From an uncultured Methanosarcinales archaeon (GTDB lineage Archaea > Nanobdellota > Nanobdellia > Woesearchaeales > CAZYIM01), in contig CAZYIM010000005.1 of NCBI GenBank assembly GCA_964647565.1, forward strand, positions 30,967 through 94,966: DNA of 64,000 nt, given 5' to 3'. The translations under genes were made by a program, and so were the position numbers. The notes beneath the pieces are model-generated. The model saw only the letters and a list, made by a program, of their open reading frames with translations, ran no database searches and was not told the DNA's origin. Shown here one piece after another: positions 10,034-20,184 of this stretch; within the stretch, counting starts at the first letter, position 1; every line of letters begins with the position of its first letter.

Positions 10034-10416
10034 TTTTTGATTACCTCTTCTGATTTAAAATCAGACTCATGACAGTATAAGAAAGCTATATTCCTTGAGC
10101 AGAATTTTCTTTTCAAATAGGCCAGAACAGAATGATAATCAAAATCATTACACGAATGGACATCTGCAACAAATCTTGGATTGATTGTATAAGTGCTGAT
10201 AGTGATTTTTGAGGCATCTATAGCAACATATCCTTCAAGACCTGGATTAGCATATGCTTCAGTAATAATAGGCTCGATCAGAGCATGCATATTAACAGCA
10301 GTAGGCAGGGTTTTCAATACATTCGAAAGAAGAGTTGTATCAATTAACAAATCAAGATTGGGGGAATCACCAGTTACAAGCAAAAAAGCATCTCCATCAT
10401 CAGGTTTATGTTTCAT
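10030..10416 (-). CDS. S-adenosylmethionine decarboxylase (SpeD/SpeH)-fold protein with degenerate active site
   Basis: GLEGYVAIDASKITISTY...ADVHSCNDFD aligns by eye to the G.SG...IAESHISIHT...DVFSC..FD pattern; ATGA overlap with queC. Confidence 0.65.
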   Translation of the reverse strand: MKHKPDDGDAFLLVTGDSPNLDLLIDTTLLSNVLKTLPTAVNMHALIEPIITEAYANPGLEGYVAIDASKITISTYTINPRFVADVHSCNDFDYHSVLAYLKRKFCSRNIAFLYCHESDFKSEEVIKK

Positions 10417-10516
10417 TATACACAGGTAGGATTTTCTAATATAATATATATTTTTGTTGTCTATACTACCAACAACAATGGAAAAATTTAAGAATCAGTT
10501 TAAAAACAAAGAATCT

Positions 10517-11260
10517 ATGAACTATGAAATACTGGAAAAAGCAGGCTTAAACAAGAGTGAAACTAGAATATACTTAAAACTATTAGCAATCGGAAGTTGC
10601 AAAGCAGGAAAGTTGGCTAAAGAGACGAAATACAACAGAACAACCATCTATAAAGCACTGGAAACTCTAATCAGAAAAGGATTAGTTAGCTACATATTAA
10701 AGGAAAATAGAAAATATTTTGAGTCTAATGATCCTAAAAACATTATCGAAGTACTTGAAAAAAAAGAAAAAGAAATAAGGGATCAAAAAAAAGAAATTGA
10801 GTCTATAATACCAAATCTTGCCAGAATTTACGAAAGCCAAAAAGAAGAGCTTGAAACAAAAATATTCAAAGGAATTAAAGGATTAAAGGTTGTCTTCAAT
10901 GATATCATAAAAGATCTAACAAAGGGGGATGAATATCTTGCCTTCGGAATCCCAAAACATGCAGAGATATTCTGGGGATTTTTTGAAGAGTTTAATAAAA
11001 CACTTCTTAAGAAAAAAATCAAATGTAAAATTATTTTTGACGAGAGGGCAAAAGAAAATATCGAATCCTGTAAAAAATACGGATATAATGTCAAAACACT
11101 TAGAAAAGAATTCATGAGCCCCGCAGAAATAAATATTTATAATAATAAAACAGCAATAGTACTTTGGCACAAAACACCTTTGGCCATACTGATCAACAGT
11201 AAGGATATAACCAATAGTTTCAGGCAATATTTTAATTTACTTTGGAAAATTGCAAGATAG
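10517..11260 (+). CDS. TrmB-family transcriptional regulator
   Basis: GLNKSETRIYLKLL...RTTIYKALETLIRKGLV wHTH plus effector domain; ATG 10517 follows a TATA-like box near 10481-10494. Confidence 0.9.
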   Translation: MNYEILEKAGLNKSETRIYLKLLAIGSCKAGKLAKETKYNRTTIYKALETLIRKGLVSYILKENRKYFESNDPKNIIEVLEKKEKEIRDQKKEIESIIPNLARIYESQKEELETKIFKGIKGLKVVFNDIIKDLTKGDEYLAFGIPKHAEIFWGFFEEFNKTLLKKKIKCKIIFDERAKENIESCKKYGYNVKTLRKEFMSPAEINIYNNKTAIVLWHKTPLAILINSKDITNSFRQYFNLLWKIAR

Positions 11261-11273
11261 CTACCTAAAAAAA

Positions 11274-12743
11274 TCAAAGCACTGGAAGAAACTCCTCGAG
11301 CTCGTACCTCGTTACTACAATTGGATTTTCTGTTTGGTCTTCGTGTTTGGTTTTATTAATATAATCATCCCACTCTCTCTTTTTATTTTCAATAAAGCTT
11401 CGATACAAATGGTTTCTGAAAGCTTCTCTGACAAGAGTTCCTTGTTCTGTTGTTTGTATTGCTTCTTTAAGGTTACCCGGAAGACTCTTTATTCCCTTTT
11501 TTTCCCGTTCAGTCTCATCCATTTCATAGACATTCTCGTGCACGGGCTCGGGTATTTTATATTTTTCAGAGACGCCTTTTAATCCTGCATGCAACATGAC
11601 TGCAAATGCCAGGTAGGGATTACAGGCAGGATCCGGGCTTCTAAGTTCTAATCGAACTGCATTCTCTTTGCCAGGTTCATATATGGGTACTCTGACAAGG
11701 TTGGACCTGTTTTCAGGATCCCAACAGATATAGACTGGCGCTTCATATCCAGGAACTAGACGCTTATAAGAGTTCACCCACTGGTTCAACACAGACGTTA
11801 CCTCAGGAGCATGTTTCATTATACCTGCCATAAACTGTTTAGAAGCAATAGACATTCCAAATGGATCTTTAGAGTCAAAGAAAAGATTCTTATTTCCCTT
11901 GAAGAGAGACATATGTATATGCATACCGCTGCCATTCACACCCCTTAGAGGTTTAGGCATAAATGTTGCAAACAGCCCATGTAATCTGGCAACTCGCCTC
12001 AAGACATACTTATATAGAATAATAAAATCAGCCATCTCAAGAGCATCTGTATATCTAAAATCAGTTTCATGTTGTGACGGCGCCACTTCGTGATGATCAT
12101 ACTCAAACTTGTAGCCCATTGCCTGCAATAACAACTGGCTCTCTTTTCTAACCACACCATACCTGCCACCCTTAAAATAATCACCATGATCTGTGATTAG
12201 AGGTACACCATTCTCAAGCAAAGGTCTGCCCATACCATTGGCCTGGAAAAGAAAGAACTCCAGCTCCGGACCTACATAGACATGGTCTGCACCCATTAAT
12301 TTTTTTGCATTTGCCAATCCCCTTTCAAGCACATAACGAACATCACCTTCGTATCTTTGCCCATCAGGATTGTACAGTTTGGCAAACATGATCAACTCTC
12401 TCCAGGTCTGGTCTTCAATACCTGCTGTTTTTGGCGTGTATATCCAGGGTGTGACTCTTGCACTCTCGACAATAGGCACCGCTAGCTTGTCACTCTCCTG
12501 TATTCTGGACTGGCCGAGTACAGAACTGCCGTCGTATCCAAAGCCCCTCTTAAGGCTTTCTTCTGTAACCTCATAGCTGGGCACTGTAAAATCACATTCC
12601 ATATTTCCCAACAAGTCTGTAAAAAAAATTCTCACAAACCTTATGTCCGGATTTGTCTTGAGCAGATCTAAAACATCTTGGATAGTCTTGCAGGGTTTGT
12701 ATTTCATCGGATCAAAGTCAACTTTATATTTTTCTTCACTCAT
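11274..12743 (-). CDS. glnA: Glutamine synthetase type I
   Basis: YDGSS, GPELEFFL, HHEVAPSQHE, ATFMPKP, NGSGMHIHMS, NSYKRLVPGYEAP, RLELRSPDPACNPY. Confidence 0.97.
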   Translation of the reverse strand: MSEEKYKVDFDPMKYKPCKTIQDVLDLLKTNPDIRFVRIFFTDLLGNMECDFTVPSYEVTEESLKRGFGYDGSSVLGQSRIQESDKLAVPIVESARVTPWIYTPKTAGIEDQTWRELIMFAKLYNPDGQRYEGDVRYVLERGLANAKKLMGADHVYVGPELEFFLFQANGMGRPLLENGVPLITDHGDYFKGGRYGVVRKESQLLLQAMGYKFEYDHHEVAPSQHETDFRYTDALEMADFIILYKYVLRRVARLHGLFATFMPKPLRGVNGSGMHIHMSLFKGNKNLFFDSKDPFGMSIASKQFMAGIMKHAPEVTSVLNQWVNSYKRLVPGYEAPVYICWDPENRSNLVRVPIYEPGKENAVRLELRSPDPACNPYLAFAVMLHAGLKGVSEKYKIPEPVHENVYEMDETEREKKGIKSLPGNLKEAIQTTEQGTLVREAFRNHLYRSFIENKKREWDDYINKTKHEDQTENPIVVTRYELEEFLPVL

Positions 12744-12868
12744 ATAATCACCTTAATTAGATTAGAATATGTTGACAAATATATACGTATGGGGGATTTT
12801 ATTAATAAAAAGTAAAAAAAAACAGAAATAATTAAATATATGTTCAGTTTATTAGATAAATACTACTC

Positions 12869-13357
12869 ATGACTAAACAAACATTTAGCAATAATGCGCG
12901 AATTGAAATAGACAATACAGATAAAAAAATCCTGAATGTCCTTATAGACAACTCGCGGCTGTCCTATAGGCAGATTGCTAAAAAAGTCAAGGTTTCAGTT
13001 GCCACTGTCATGCACAGGGTTAAGAGGCTGGAAAAAGATGGTATAATCACTAAATATACCATCGGCATCAAGTATTCAAAAATTGGCTATGATATGCAAG
13101 TCATTATCGATGTCAGAATCTCTAAGGGAAAACTAAAGGAAGTCGAGGCCAAGATCGCTACACACCCCAATGTCTTCGCCGTCTATGATAACACAGGCCC
13201 TTTTGACGCCACCATCATTGCTAAATTTAAGGACAGGAAAAGCCTCGATACATTTATCAAGAAACTACAGAGTTTTGATTTTGTCGAGAGAACAGAGACC
13301 AAACTCCTATTATGGACTGTAAGAGAACACCCTATTAAACTCCCAGTTCGTACATGA
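12869..13357 (+). CDS. Lrp/AsnC-family regulator
   Basis: IDNTDKKILNVL..NSRLSYRQIAKK HTH plus AsnC ligand domain; divergent from glnA. Confidence 0.93.
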   Translation: MTKQTFSNNARIEIDNTDKKILNVLIDNSRLSYRQIAKKVKVSVATVMHRVKRLEKDGIITKYTIGIKYSKIGYDMQVIIDVRISKGKLKEVEAKIATHPNVFAVYDNTGPFDATIIAKFKDRKSLDTFIKKLQSFDFVERTETKLLLWTVREHPIKLPVRT

Positions 13358-15176
13358 GCTCTATGAACGTAGCTGCACTCCATGCCTGATTAAAACAACC
13401 CTTTGATCTGAGTTTTGAAGCCGAGCTAAGTTCTGATAAACACGCAATTTCTCCTGAGAACATCATCTCATGAATGGTTGCATCGCGGATCTTCTCAGCA
13501 TACTTCCCATATCTGTCCCTATCAAGCATCAACATAGAAATTGCTGCGAGATGATTTACCCAAAACCATGAGTCACCCCTATGATAACTCTGGTCATTGT
13601 TACTGATGTAATCAGAACAGAAAAGATGATGACTTTTATCAATAGTACTAAGTCCACCCCAATCCAACCAAAGAGCTTTTATGCCCTTATCAAATGACAA
13701 CTTCCATTCTTTCTTGGAAAGAAGCTCAGGATAGATATAATATGCAAGAAACATATTAGATCTGATTTTAATATCTAATTCCTGTTTATGACAGTCCTCG
13801 AGCACATCATTCTTAAAAAATGTGGCTTTTACGGTTTTCCTAAGATTTTTTTCCATTTCAGCATATCTCTCTGCAGCATCATGTTTGGTCATATTGCATA
13901 ATTTTTTCATGAAACGATAGAAAACCAACTGAAGAGCTTGTATCTCAATACTAAAACCTTGGCGCGTGTCTCCCCCAAAAGGAGTATCCATCCAGGTTTC
14001 CTGAGCCTTGTTAAAGACCATGTTTTCCTTCGCATAGTTTTCATGCAACCGATTAAGGCTTAAGGAAAGTTTCTCCTGCACAAAAAGAAGATCTTCTTTT
14101 GAAAAATAGTTATCTAGCACTTTTTTCTGCTCGAGCAGTTTAATCAAATCATCCAATCTCTTAACAAGCCAGCCAATACCGTCAGCGCTGCCTAATTGAG
14201 AAGAAGGGTACCTATTAGGTATCCGGCCATCAGGCAGGATTGAGTTTAGATATCTAAAAAGTATTTTCTTGACCAAATCAAATTTTTCTTCAAGAATAAT
14301 AGCTCGCAAAGATATCAGTTCATCTCTCGACCAAAACTGAAAGAACCACGGCAAACCAGCAAAAATACCGACATATTTAGATCCTTTCTCAAAAAAGGAG
14401 ACTATTAATGAATCAAGTGCATTGACAGCGGAATTAAACATCAAAGTTTCCTTATTTAATAGTGTGCTATGATAATTTATCAGAGCCCTTTTTAGGTAAT
14501 AAGCATTCTCAAATGACATCTTGGCTTTTTCAATGGCACCCTTTTTGTCTTCAGAAAATGAAAAAACCAGGCTTAGCGCACCTTTGATTGGGATGCGCAA
14601 AGCATTATAAACATAAAACTCAGAGCGTGTACCTCTTGCAAGATCGAACGTATATTGTTTCTGCACCCATCGAGCCACCTTTTCAAATTTATCAACCCCT
14701 TTTATAGCTAAAAACACCTTATAGGCTTGTCCTGATAGAGTATCATCCTCGAACTTGGTGTATTCCACAATTATACAGCCGTCCTCTTCATATATGTCAT
14801 ATATTCTGCCGTGATCATCGAAATCATAGATAAATCTACAATCCAGATCTATGTTAACATAACCTTCATAACTATCCACTTCATATATCATGCTGCTGCC
14901 AGTCATCCAAAAACTCTCTGTCTGGGCATTTTTCTTTCTTTGTACATTAGAGAAATTGTTTATTAGTTGATCAAAATCTTCATCAAGATAGATATTTTCA
15001 ACTGTCTTAAACATAGTCCAGTCCTTAAAGAAGAACAGACCTTGAAAATAAGATTTATTATGTCTTGAATCAGAACCAAGCGACAAATAATCTCCTTTTT
15101 TGTTGGAAAGTAGAAAAGCTGCATCGCCATCTGTTCCACTAACTTGTTTCTTACCTATCTTATGTAGTATTTTCAT
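13335..15176 (-). CDS. Glycogen debranching enzyme (amylo-alpha-1,6-glucosidase)
   Basis: AGLPWFFQFWSRD, TWMDT, EIQAL, SYHRGDSW, QAWS. Confidence 0.88.
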   Translation of the reverse strand: MKILHKIGKKQVSGTDGDAAFLLSNKKGDYLSLGSDSRHNKSYFQGLFFFKDWTMFKTVENIYLDEDFDQLINNFSNVQRKKNAQTESFWMTGSSMIYEVDSYEGYVNIDLDCRFIYDFDDHGRIYDIYEEDGCIIVEYTKFEDDTLSGQAYKVFLAIKGVDKFEKVARWVQKQYTFDLARGTRSEFYVYNALRIPIKGALSLVFSFSEDKKGAIEKAKMSFENAYYLKRALINYHSTLLNKETLMFNSAVNALDSLIVSFFEKGSKYVGIFAGLPWFFQFWSRDELISLRAIILEEKFDLVKKILFRYLNSILPDGRIPNRYPSSQLGSADGIGWLVKRLDDLIKLLEQKKVLDNYFSKEDLLFVQEKLSLSLNRLHENYAKENMVFNKAQETWMDTPFGGDTRQGFSIEIQALQLVFYRFMKKLCNMTKHDAAERYAEMEKNLRKTVKATFFKNDVLEDCHKQELDIKIRSNMFLAYYIYPELLSKKEWKLSFDKGIKALWLDWGGLSTIDKSHHLFCSDYISNNDQSYHRGDSWFWVNHLAAISMLMLDRDRYGKYAEKIRDATIHEMMFSGEIACLSELSSASKLRSKGCFNQAWSAATFIELMYELGV

Positions 15177-16165
15177 TCAGAATCACCGAAAGATATCTCA
15201 GAGTGGTCACCTATATTTATTGACTTTGTATCACCTTTCACCAGCGCATTCTTACCGATCAAAGAACCTTTTAACCTGGCACTCTCAACAGTCGCATCCT
15301 CATTGACGATACTATCCCTTAAAATAGATCCTCTAACTTTGGCACCCTTAGCAATAGAAACAAAAGGACCTATGATACAATTCTCCACAACAGCACCTTT
15401 TTCAATGTGAACAGGATCTATGATGATGGAAAATTTAGCTTGATGCACGCCACTTGATTTCTTCAGGATCTTCTTTTGAGACTCTAAGAGTATAGCATTA
15501 GTGCCAAAATCAATCCATTCATCCACTTCATGATTCTTGAAGTGCCTATCCATCTTTTGTACCAGATGGTTGATGGCAGAGACCATTCTCATCTCGCCTT
15601 TTTCGCGTATATTATTCTCAACAACATGGTCCAGAGCATCTATCAAGTCCTTGCCTTTTTTAAAATAGTAAAGTCCTATGTTGACCAGGTTCGAGGTTGG
15701 GTTTTCAGGTTTCTCAACCAACTTATGAACCTTCCCATCTTTTAAGAAAACTATACCGAAACGTCTTGGATCATCAACAGGCTTAGTGAAGACAATACCA
15801 TCACAATCACAGTTTTTCACCACAGAGAGATCAGCTTCAAAAAGGGTATCTGCAAAGTCTGTGATGACTTCATCATCATCCTTGATGAACTTCTTAGCAT
15901 GCCAGATAGCATGACCGTCACCATCTTGTTGAATCTGCTTGATCATGTGTACCTTATAAGGGTAGTTGCTCTCAACGTATTCTTTGACCTGCTCCTCGAA
16001 ATGGCTGTATACAAAGATAACATCTGTAATATCAAGCTGTTTAAATCTGTCCAGAATGTGACCTATTATAGGTTTACCCGCGACGTGAAGAAGTGGTTTT
16101 AGTCTGGTGTGTGTATGCGGCCTCAAACGAGTGCCTTTTCCAGCAATAGGAATGACTAATTTCAT
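15173..16165 (-). CDS. Sugar-1-phosphate nucleotidyltransferase with hexapeptide C-terminus
   Basis: AGKGTRLRPHT...KPLL, EKP, left-handed beta-helix tail; start placed at MKLVIP. Confidence 0.92.
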   Translation of the reverse strand: MKLVIPIAGKGTRLRPHTHTRLKPLLHVAGKPIIGHILDRFKQLDITDVIFVYSHFEEQVKEYVESNYPYKVHMIKQIQQDGDGHAIWHAKKFIKDDDEVITDFADTLFEADLSVVKNCDCDGIVFTKPVDDPRRFGIVFLKDGKVHKLVEKPENPTSNLVNIGLYYFKKGKDLIDALDHVVENNIREKGEMRMVSAINHLVQKMDRHFKNHEVDEWIDFGTNAILLESQKKILKKSSGVHQAKFSIIIDPVHIEKGAVVENCIIGPFVSIAKGAKVRGSILRDSIVNEDATVESARLKGSLIGKNALVKGDTKSINIGDHSEISFGDSE

Positions 16166-16260
16166 TGACTGTCCTCTCGATAACAAGAAAAGAGCTTGGT
16201 TTAAAAATATTGTGATGCTAGATAAAAAAGTATATATACAAGTAAGCCACAGGACATATT

Positions 16261-17328
16261 GTGAAATCTATTATTGGCTTAAAAAAAGAGGTTAGTAAAC
16301 TAAACCCTACTAATAAAAAGCTTTTTAACAGATTCTTCTCAGTTACAGAGACTGTTGGAAGACTAAAAGCTCCTAAATCCATGTTTGGATATATTGAAAA
16401 GAACTTTGGCAGCATCAAGAAAGTAGAAAAGCAGAAAATAGTAAAAACATTCAACAAACTCAGCTTCGAGGGCGCCCTATTCAATGAGCTTAGAGCAAAC
16501 AGGCCTATTGAAGCCAAAACTACAGTCGATATTCACAAGCTTATTGATAAAAACTTAGGAGATCCTTTCTGCAAGCCCCTAAAGATGACTCCTGCTGATG
16601 TCTTTGGCAGGATCAAAGGCAAGAAATGCATAACTGCCAGTAATTTTGCAAAATATGACGGATGGCATGGCCTGGTTGTCTTTGACAAGCACAATCCTTT
16701 AAAAGTTAATAAAGCAGAAATTCTAGATTATTTGAATACAGCAGAACTCTGGATCAAAAAGGTGCACTGCAGGGATAAACAAGCTAATTATCCTTTTATC
16801 CTCTGGAATTGCCTATGGAAGGCGGCAGGTTCAATCATCCACGGCCATCTTCAGTTGATTGTGACCAAACAGCAACATTATTCCAAAATCGAGAGTCTAA
16901 GAAAGGTCTGGACAGACTATTCAAAAGAATACAACTCAGATTATTTTGAAGATCTATTCAAGGCGCATAAAAGTCTGGGATTAGGTGTTAAAAAAGGTAA
17001 ACTAATGATATTTTCCAGCATTACGCCTGTAAAAGAAAAAGAAAGCTGGATTGTCTCAGAAAAATTTAATAGTGCACATAAAGAAACCATAGCAGGCACA
17101 ATTCTTTCTTTCCTGAAAATGGGTGTTTCGAGCTTCAATCTGGGCAGTGTTTTCCCACCCTTAGATAAACAAGAGAAATGGACCAAATTTCCAGTTGTAA
17201 CCCGGATTTTAGATAGGGGACAACTTAGTAACAAGACATCGGATATTGGAGGTATGGAACTCTATGGCGCAAATGTAGTTGCATCTGATCCATACAAGGT
17301 TTTTAAGAAGATAAAATCATCTCTTTAA
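16261..17328 (+). CDS. GalT-like HIT-superfamily nucleotidyltransferase
   Basis: AGSIIHGHLQ (HxHxQ) motif, DPFC, ASNFAKYD. Confidence 0.7.
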   Translation: MKSIIGLKKEVSKLNPTNKKLFNRFFSVTETVGRLKAPKSMFGYIEKNFGSIKKVEKQKIVKTFNKLSFEGALFNELRANRPIEAKTTVDIHKLIDKNLGDPFCKPLKMTPADVFGRIKGKKCITASNFAKYDGWHGLVVFDKHNPLKVNKAEILDYLNTAELWIKKVHCRDKQANYPFILWNCLWKAAGSIIHGHLQLIVTKQQHYSKIESLRKVWTDYSKEYNSDYFEDLFKAHKSLGLGVKKGKLMIFSSITPVKEKESWIVSEKFNSAHKETIAGTILSFLKMGVSSFNLGSVFPPLDKQEKWTKFPVVTRILDRGQLSNKTSDIGGMELYGANVVASDPYKVFKKIKSSL

Positions 17329-19092
17329 GGCTAAGTTATGCGCCAAAACATAATTCTTTATAAGTCCCTGCCAATCTGCCAGATTCGATAGATTCTTGGC
17401 CATGATCTTGTTCCTAACCCTATCATTATGCGACAGCATGGCAAATTTGTACATTATATCTGCCAAATCTGCAACTATTAAATCCTCTTTTTGTTGATAT
17501 CTTTTGAGAACAAATATACCGCCTTCTACATTACCCCTTTCTTTTTCTATGAATCTGCCAAATCCTGCCAGATCAGTTGTGATAGCAGGCACACCAATTG
17601 CAGAGGTCTCAAGAGGAGTATATCCCCACGGCTCATAATAACTGGGGAAAATACCTAAATGGCCTCCCGCCATGGCATCATAGTATGAAAGGTTGATAAG
17701 ACTGTCATTTCCTGTCAAATAAACAGGGTAAAGTATGGCTTTGACCTTATCTTCCTCTTTATTATCTAATCCTTCTGCTTTCAAAGCTGTAATGATGGGA
17801 TCATTGTTCTCATTATTTATCTCGTGGGTAAGTATCAGAGGATTACCCTGTCTCTTGAACTTAAGGATGTCTTTTTTCAGCTCTATTAAAAACTCTTTAG
17901 AAAACAGCGTTTCGGAGGATAAGTCTCTTTGTGATACAAAATCCTCTACAATGCGTTTCAATATGTGTGGAGAGTTCCATTCAACAAAATTCTTTATGTG
18001 CCTATAGTAGTTCTTGTTCTCAAGCAGCTCTATCTTAACGCTGTGTGTCTGTTGAGGTATCCAGAAGAAAACCGCAATAGTCCGGTTCCTCTTCTCAGTC
18101 TTAAGCCTGGTATTTAGTATGGCAAGTGCCTTAATCAGAATATCTAAACCCTTATTTTTAAATTCATATCTGCCAAATACAAAAAAAATCAGGTTATGAG
18201 TAAGATCGAAAGTATAGTGCGGAAAAAAATGATAAGTCAGGTGTTCTCTAATCTTCTCCCTACAGGTAACATGCTTTATTGAAGTCTCTTCTGTAGTTGG
18301 AAACTTTTCAACATCCAGACCATTCAACACTAGAACATCTGCCTTTCGACCCAGTATCTTCTCAGCTTCGATAGCTGTAATCTCAGAGACTGTAGTGAAA
18401 ACCTGTGCGTTTTGAGCACATGCACGTTCAACATGAAACTTGTCCTGGACATTCAATTCATAGGCTTCTTTTTCAGGATCAAGCACAGGAAGCAAATCAT
18501 ATAGATTTTTGCCATTACAGCACATCGACCTGCCTAACATCGTTGCATGGGTAGTAAATACAGTCTTGACATTAGACTTGTTGGATTTAAGGAAAAGAAG
18601 GCTAGCTCCTGCCATCCATTCATGAAAATGAGCCACTATTTTCTTATTTTTATGAACCTCACCCACCTTATCAAGAAGCATGCCAATTGCCCAGGACCAT
18701 AATACTGGTTCCTCAAATTCATGCCCTGATTTCAATGAATCAATCTTATAGTCTTCCCAGAGTTTGGCCTTAATAGTGTCTTTAATAACCCAAAGTTTCT
18801 CAAAATCAATAAGAATCACATTTGGCTCACTCTTGATCTGCCATTTACCATAGTGACAAACAATGCCCTCTTCTTCTAGTGCATCGAAAATGACTTGTAA
18901 TTCTTTGGGCACTTTAGTCTTTTTAAGTTCTATTTCTGCATTCTGTTCAAAATAAGGACCTATGAGAAAATAATTCTTGTAATACTCCTTCATTAGAGCA
19001 GCTTTGCTGACTACAACAGTATATATGCCGCCTACCTTGTTACAGACTTCCCATGAAGCCTCAAAAAGCATGTCTGCATTTGCATTCACCAT
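17317..19092 (-). CDS. Glycogen synthase, GT3 family
   Basis: FEASWEVCNKVGGIYTV, HFHEW, FTTHATMLGR, GRYEFKNKG, FPSYYEPWGYTPLE. Confidence 0.95.
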   Translation of the reverse strand: MVNANADMLFEASWEVCNKVGGIYTVVVSKAALMKEYYKNYFLIGPYFEQNAEIELKKTKVPKELQVIFDALEEEGIVCHYGKWQIKSEPNVILIDFEKLWVIKDTIKAKLWEDYKIDSLKSGHEFEEPVLWSWAIGMLLDKVGEVHKNKKIVAHFHEWMAGASLLFLKSNKSNVKTVFTTHATMLGRSMCCNGKNLYDLLPVLDPEKEAYELNVQDKFHVERACAQNAQVFTTVSEITAIEAEKILGRKADVLVLNGLDVEKFPTTEETSIKHVTCREKIREHLTYHFFPHYTFDLTHNLIFFVFGRYEFKNKGLDILIKALAILNTRLKTEKRNRTIAVFFWIPQQTHSVKIELLENKNYYRHIKNFVEWNSPHILKRIVEDFVSQRDLSSETLFSKEFLIELKKDILKFKRQGNPLILTHEINNENNDPIITALKAEGLDNKEEDKVKAILYPVYLTGNDSLINLSYYDAMAGGHLGIFPSYYEPWGYTPLETSAIGVPAITTDLAGFGRFIEKERGNVEGGIFVLKRYQQKEDLIVADLADIMYKFAMLSHNDRVRNKIMAKNLSNLADWQGLIKNYVLAHNLALKR

Positions 19093-19102
19093 GATTTACC
19101 CC

Positions 19103-19801
19103 CTATAAAATATATGCTATCGCTAATCCAATTATCAAACCAAAAAAGAAGCCATACAGAAAATCCTTAATAATGTAACGCCTGAATTCGTGATAATCCA
19201 GAAAACGAACATCTTTTTTTTTAATCTTCTCCTGTATTCTTTCAAGACCCCTCTTGGCCTGTTCTGATACTTGTTTATGAATATGTTTAACCTTAATTGT
19301 ATCTTGCTTTTCCTCTTTTTGTTTTTCTGATGTATCTTGCGCCGTTTCTTGCTCTTGCTCAGATTCTTGCTTAGGCTCTTGCTCAGGCTCTTGCTCAGGC
19401 ACCTTATAGACCTGCGCTTCGGTACCAGATTCCTGCTTATCGGAACTATCCTGATTAAAAGACTCTTGAGTCTTAGAAGTTTCCACAGACTCAGAAGCAG
19501 TATCAGTTATCTGTAATTCTGGCTCAGAGTTCTCAAAACTCTCTGGAGTCTTAGAATATTGATGCATCTCGAGTATTCTTATTGTCCCTGCAAGAGTAGT
19601 CTCATTTCTTAGTTCTTGGCCAAGCGCTTTATCTAAAAATACTCCCTCTATCCACTGAGCTATATCATTCTTCTGCTCATTAACATGTTTCTTGAAGTCT
19701 GATTCAGGCATCACACCGAGAATATCCGCTAACTCAGCAAGGGATTTAACTACAACACCATCCTCAAATGTAAAGTACTTACCCTCTGGAGCTTCTATCA
19801 C
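19103..19801 (-). CDS. DUF5752-like domain protein with acidic linker and C-terminal TM anchor
   Basis: FTFEDG...SLAELAD...HVNEQKNDIAQWI..VF; E/Q-rich linker; terminal hydrophobic helix. Confidence 0.65.
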   Translation of the reverse strand: MIEAPEGKYFTFEDGVVVKSLAELADILGVMPESDFKKHVNEQKNDIAQWIEGVFLDKALGQELRNETTLAGTIRILEMHQYSKTPESFENSEPELQITDTASESVETSKTQESFNQDSSDKQESGTEAQVYKVPEQEPEQEPKQESEQEQETAQDTSEKQKEEKQDTIKVKHIHKQVSEQAKRGLERIQEKIKKKDVRFLDYHEFRRYIIKDFLYGFFFGLIIGLAIAYIL

Positions 19802-19828
19802 TCAATTTCACCTCTTTTTTATAACGTT

Positions 19829-20161
19829 TTAGTTTAATGCCTTGTTTAACATATGTTTGTATAGAACAATCCTAAGATGATCCTTTTGCTTTATACCTGC
19901 AATCTTCTTAGCTAATGTAATATCTTTAAAAACATCGCGAACCCAGGGTGCAAAATCATTCTTATTATTGCTGACATGATGATTGAAAACTTGATCCTCA
20001 AGATGCTCCATGATGTCTGCCAACTCTTTAACATGCTTCACAGGCTTGCCGTTACATAGAATGAAATAATGCTCGGGTTTAGTGCTCCTGCTAAGCTTGT
20101 TCAGGGACGCTGTCTTTTTCTTGATAGCTCCCTTTTTTCTGCTTTTTTTTGTCTCTGACAT
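19829..20161 (-). CDS. DUF5752-like small protein
   Basis: YFILCNG...VKELAD...FNHHVSNNKNDFAPWVRDVF; GAGGTGA SD. Confidence 0.7.
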   Translation of the reverse strand: MSETKKSRKKGAIKKKTASLNKLSRSTKPEHYFILCNGKPVKHVKELADIMEHLEDQVFNHHVSNNKNDFAPWVRDVFKDITLAKKIAGIKQKDHLRIVLYKHMLNKALN

Positions 20162-20184
20162 ATTTCACCTCTTTATTTTAATGA

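Noticed and set aside
19330..19400. GGCTCTTGCTCA tandem repeat
   Set aside because: Encodes the EQEP low-complexity linker within a CDS
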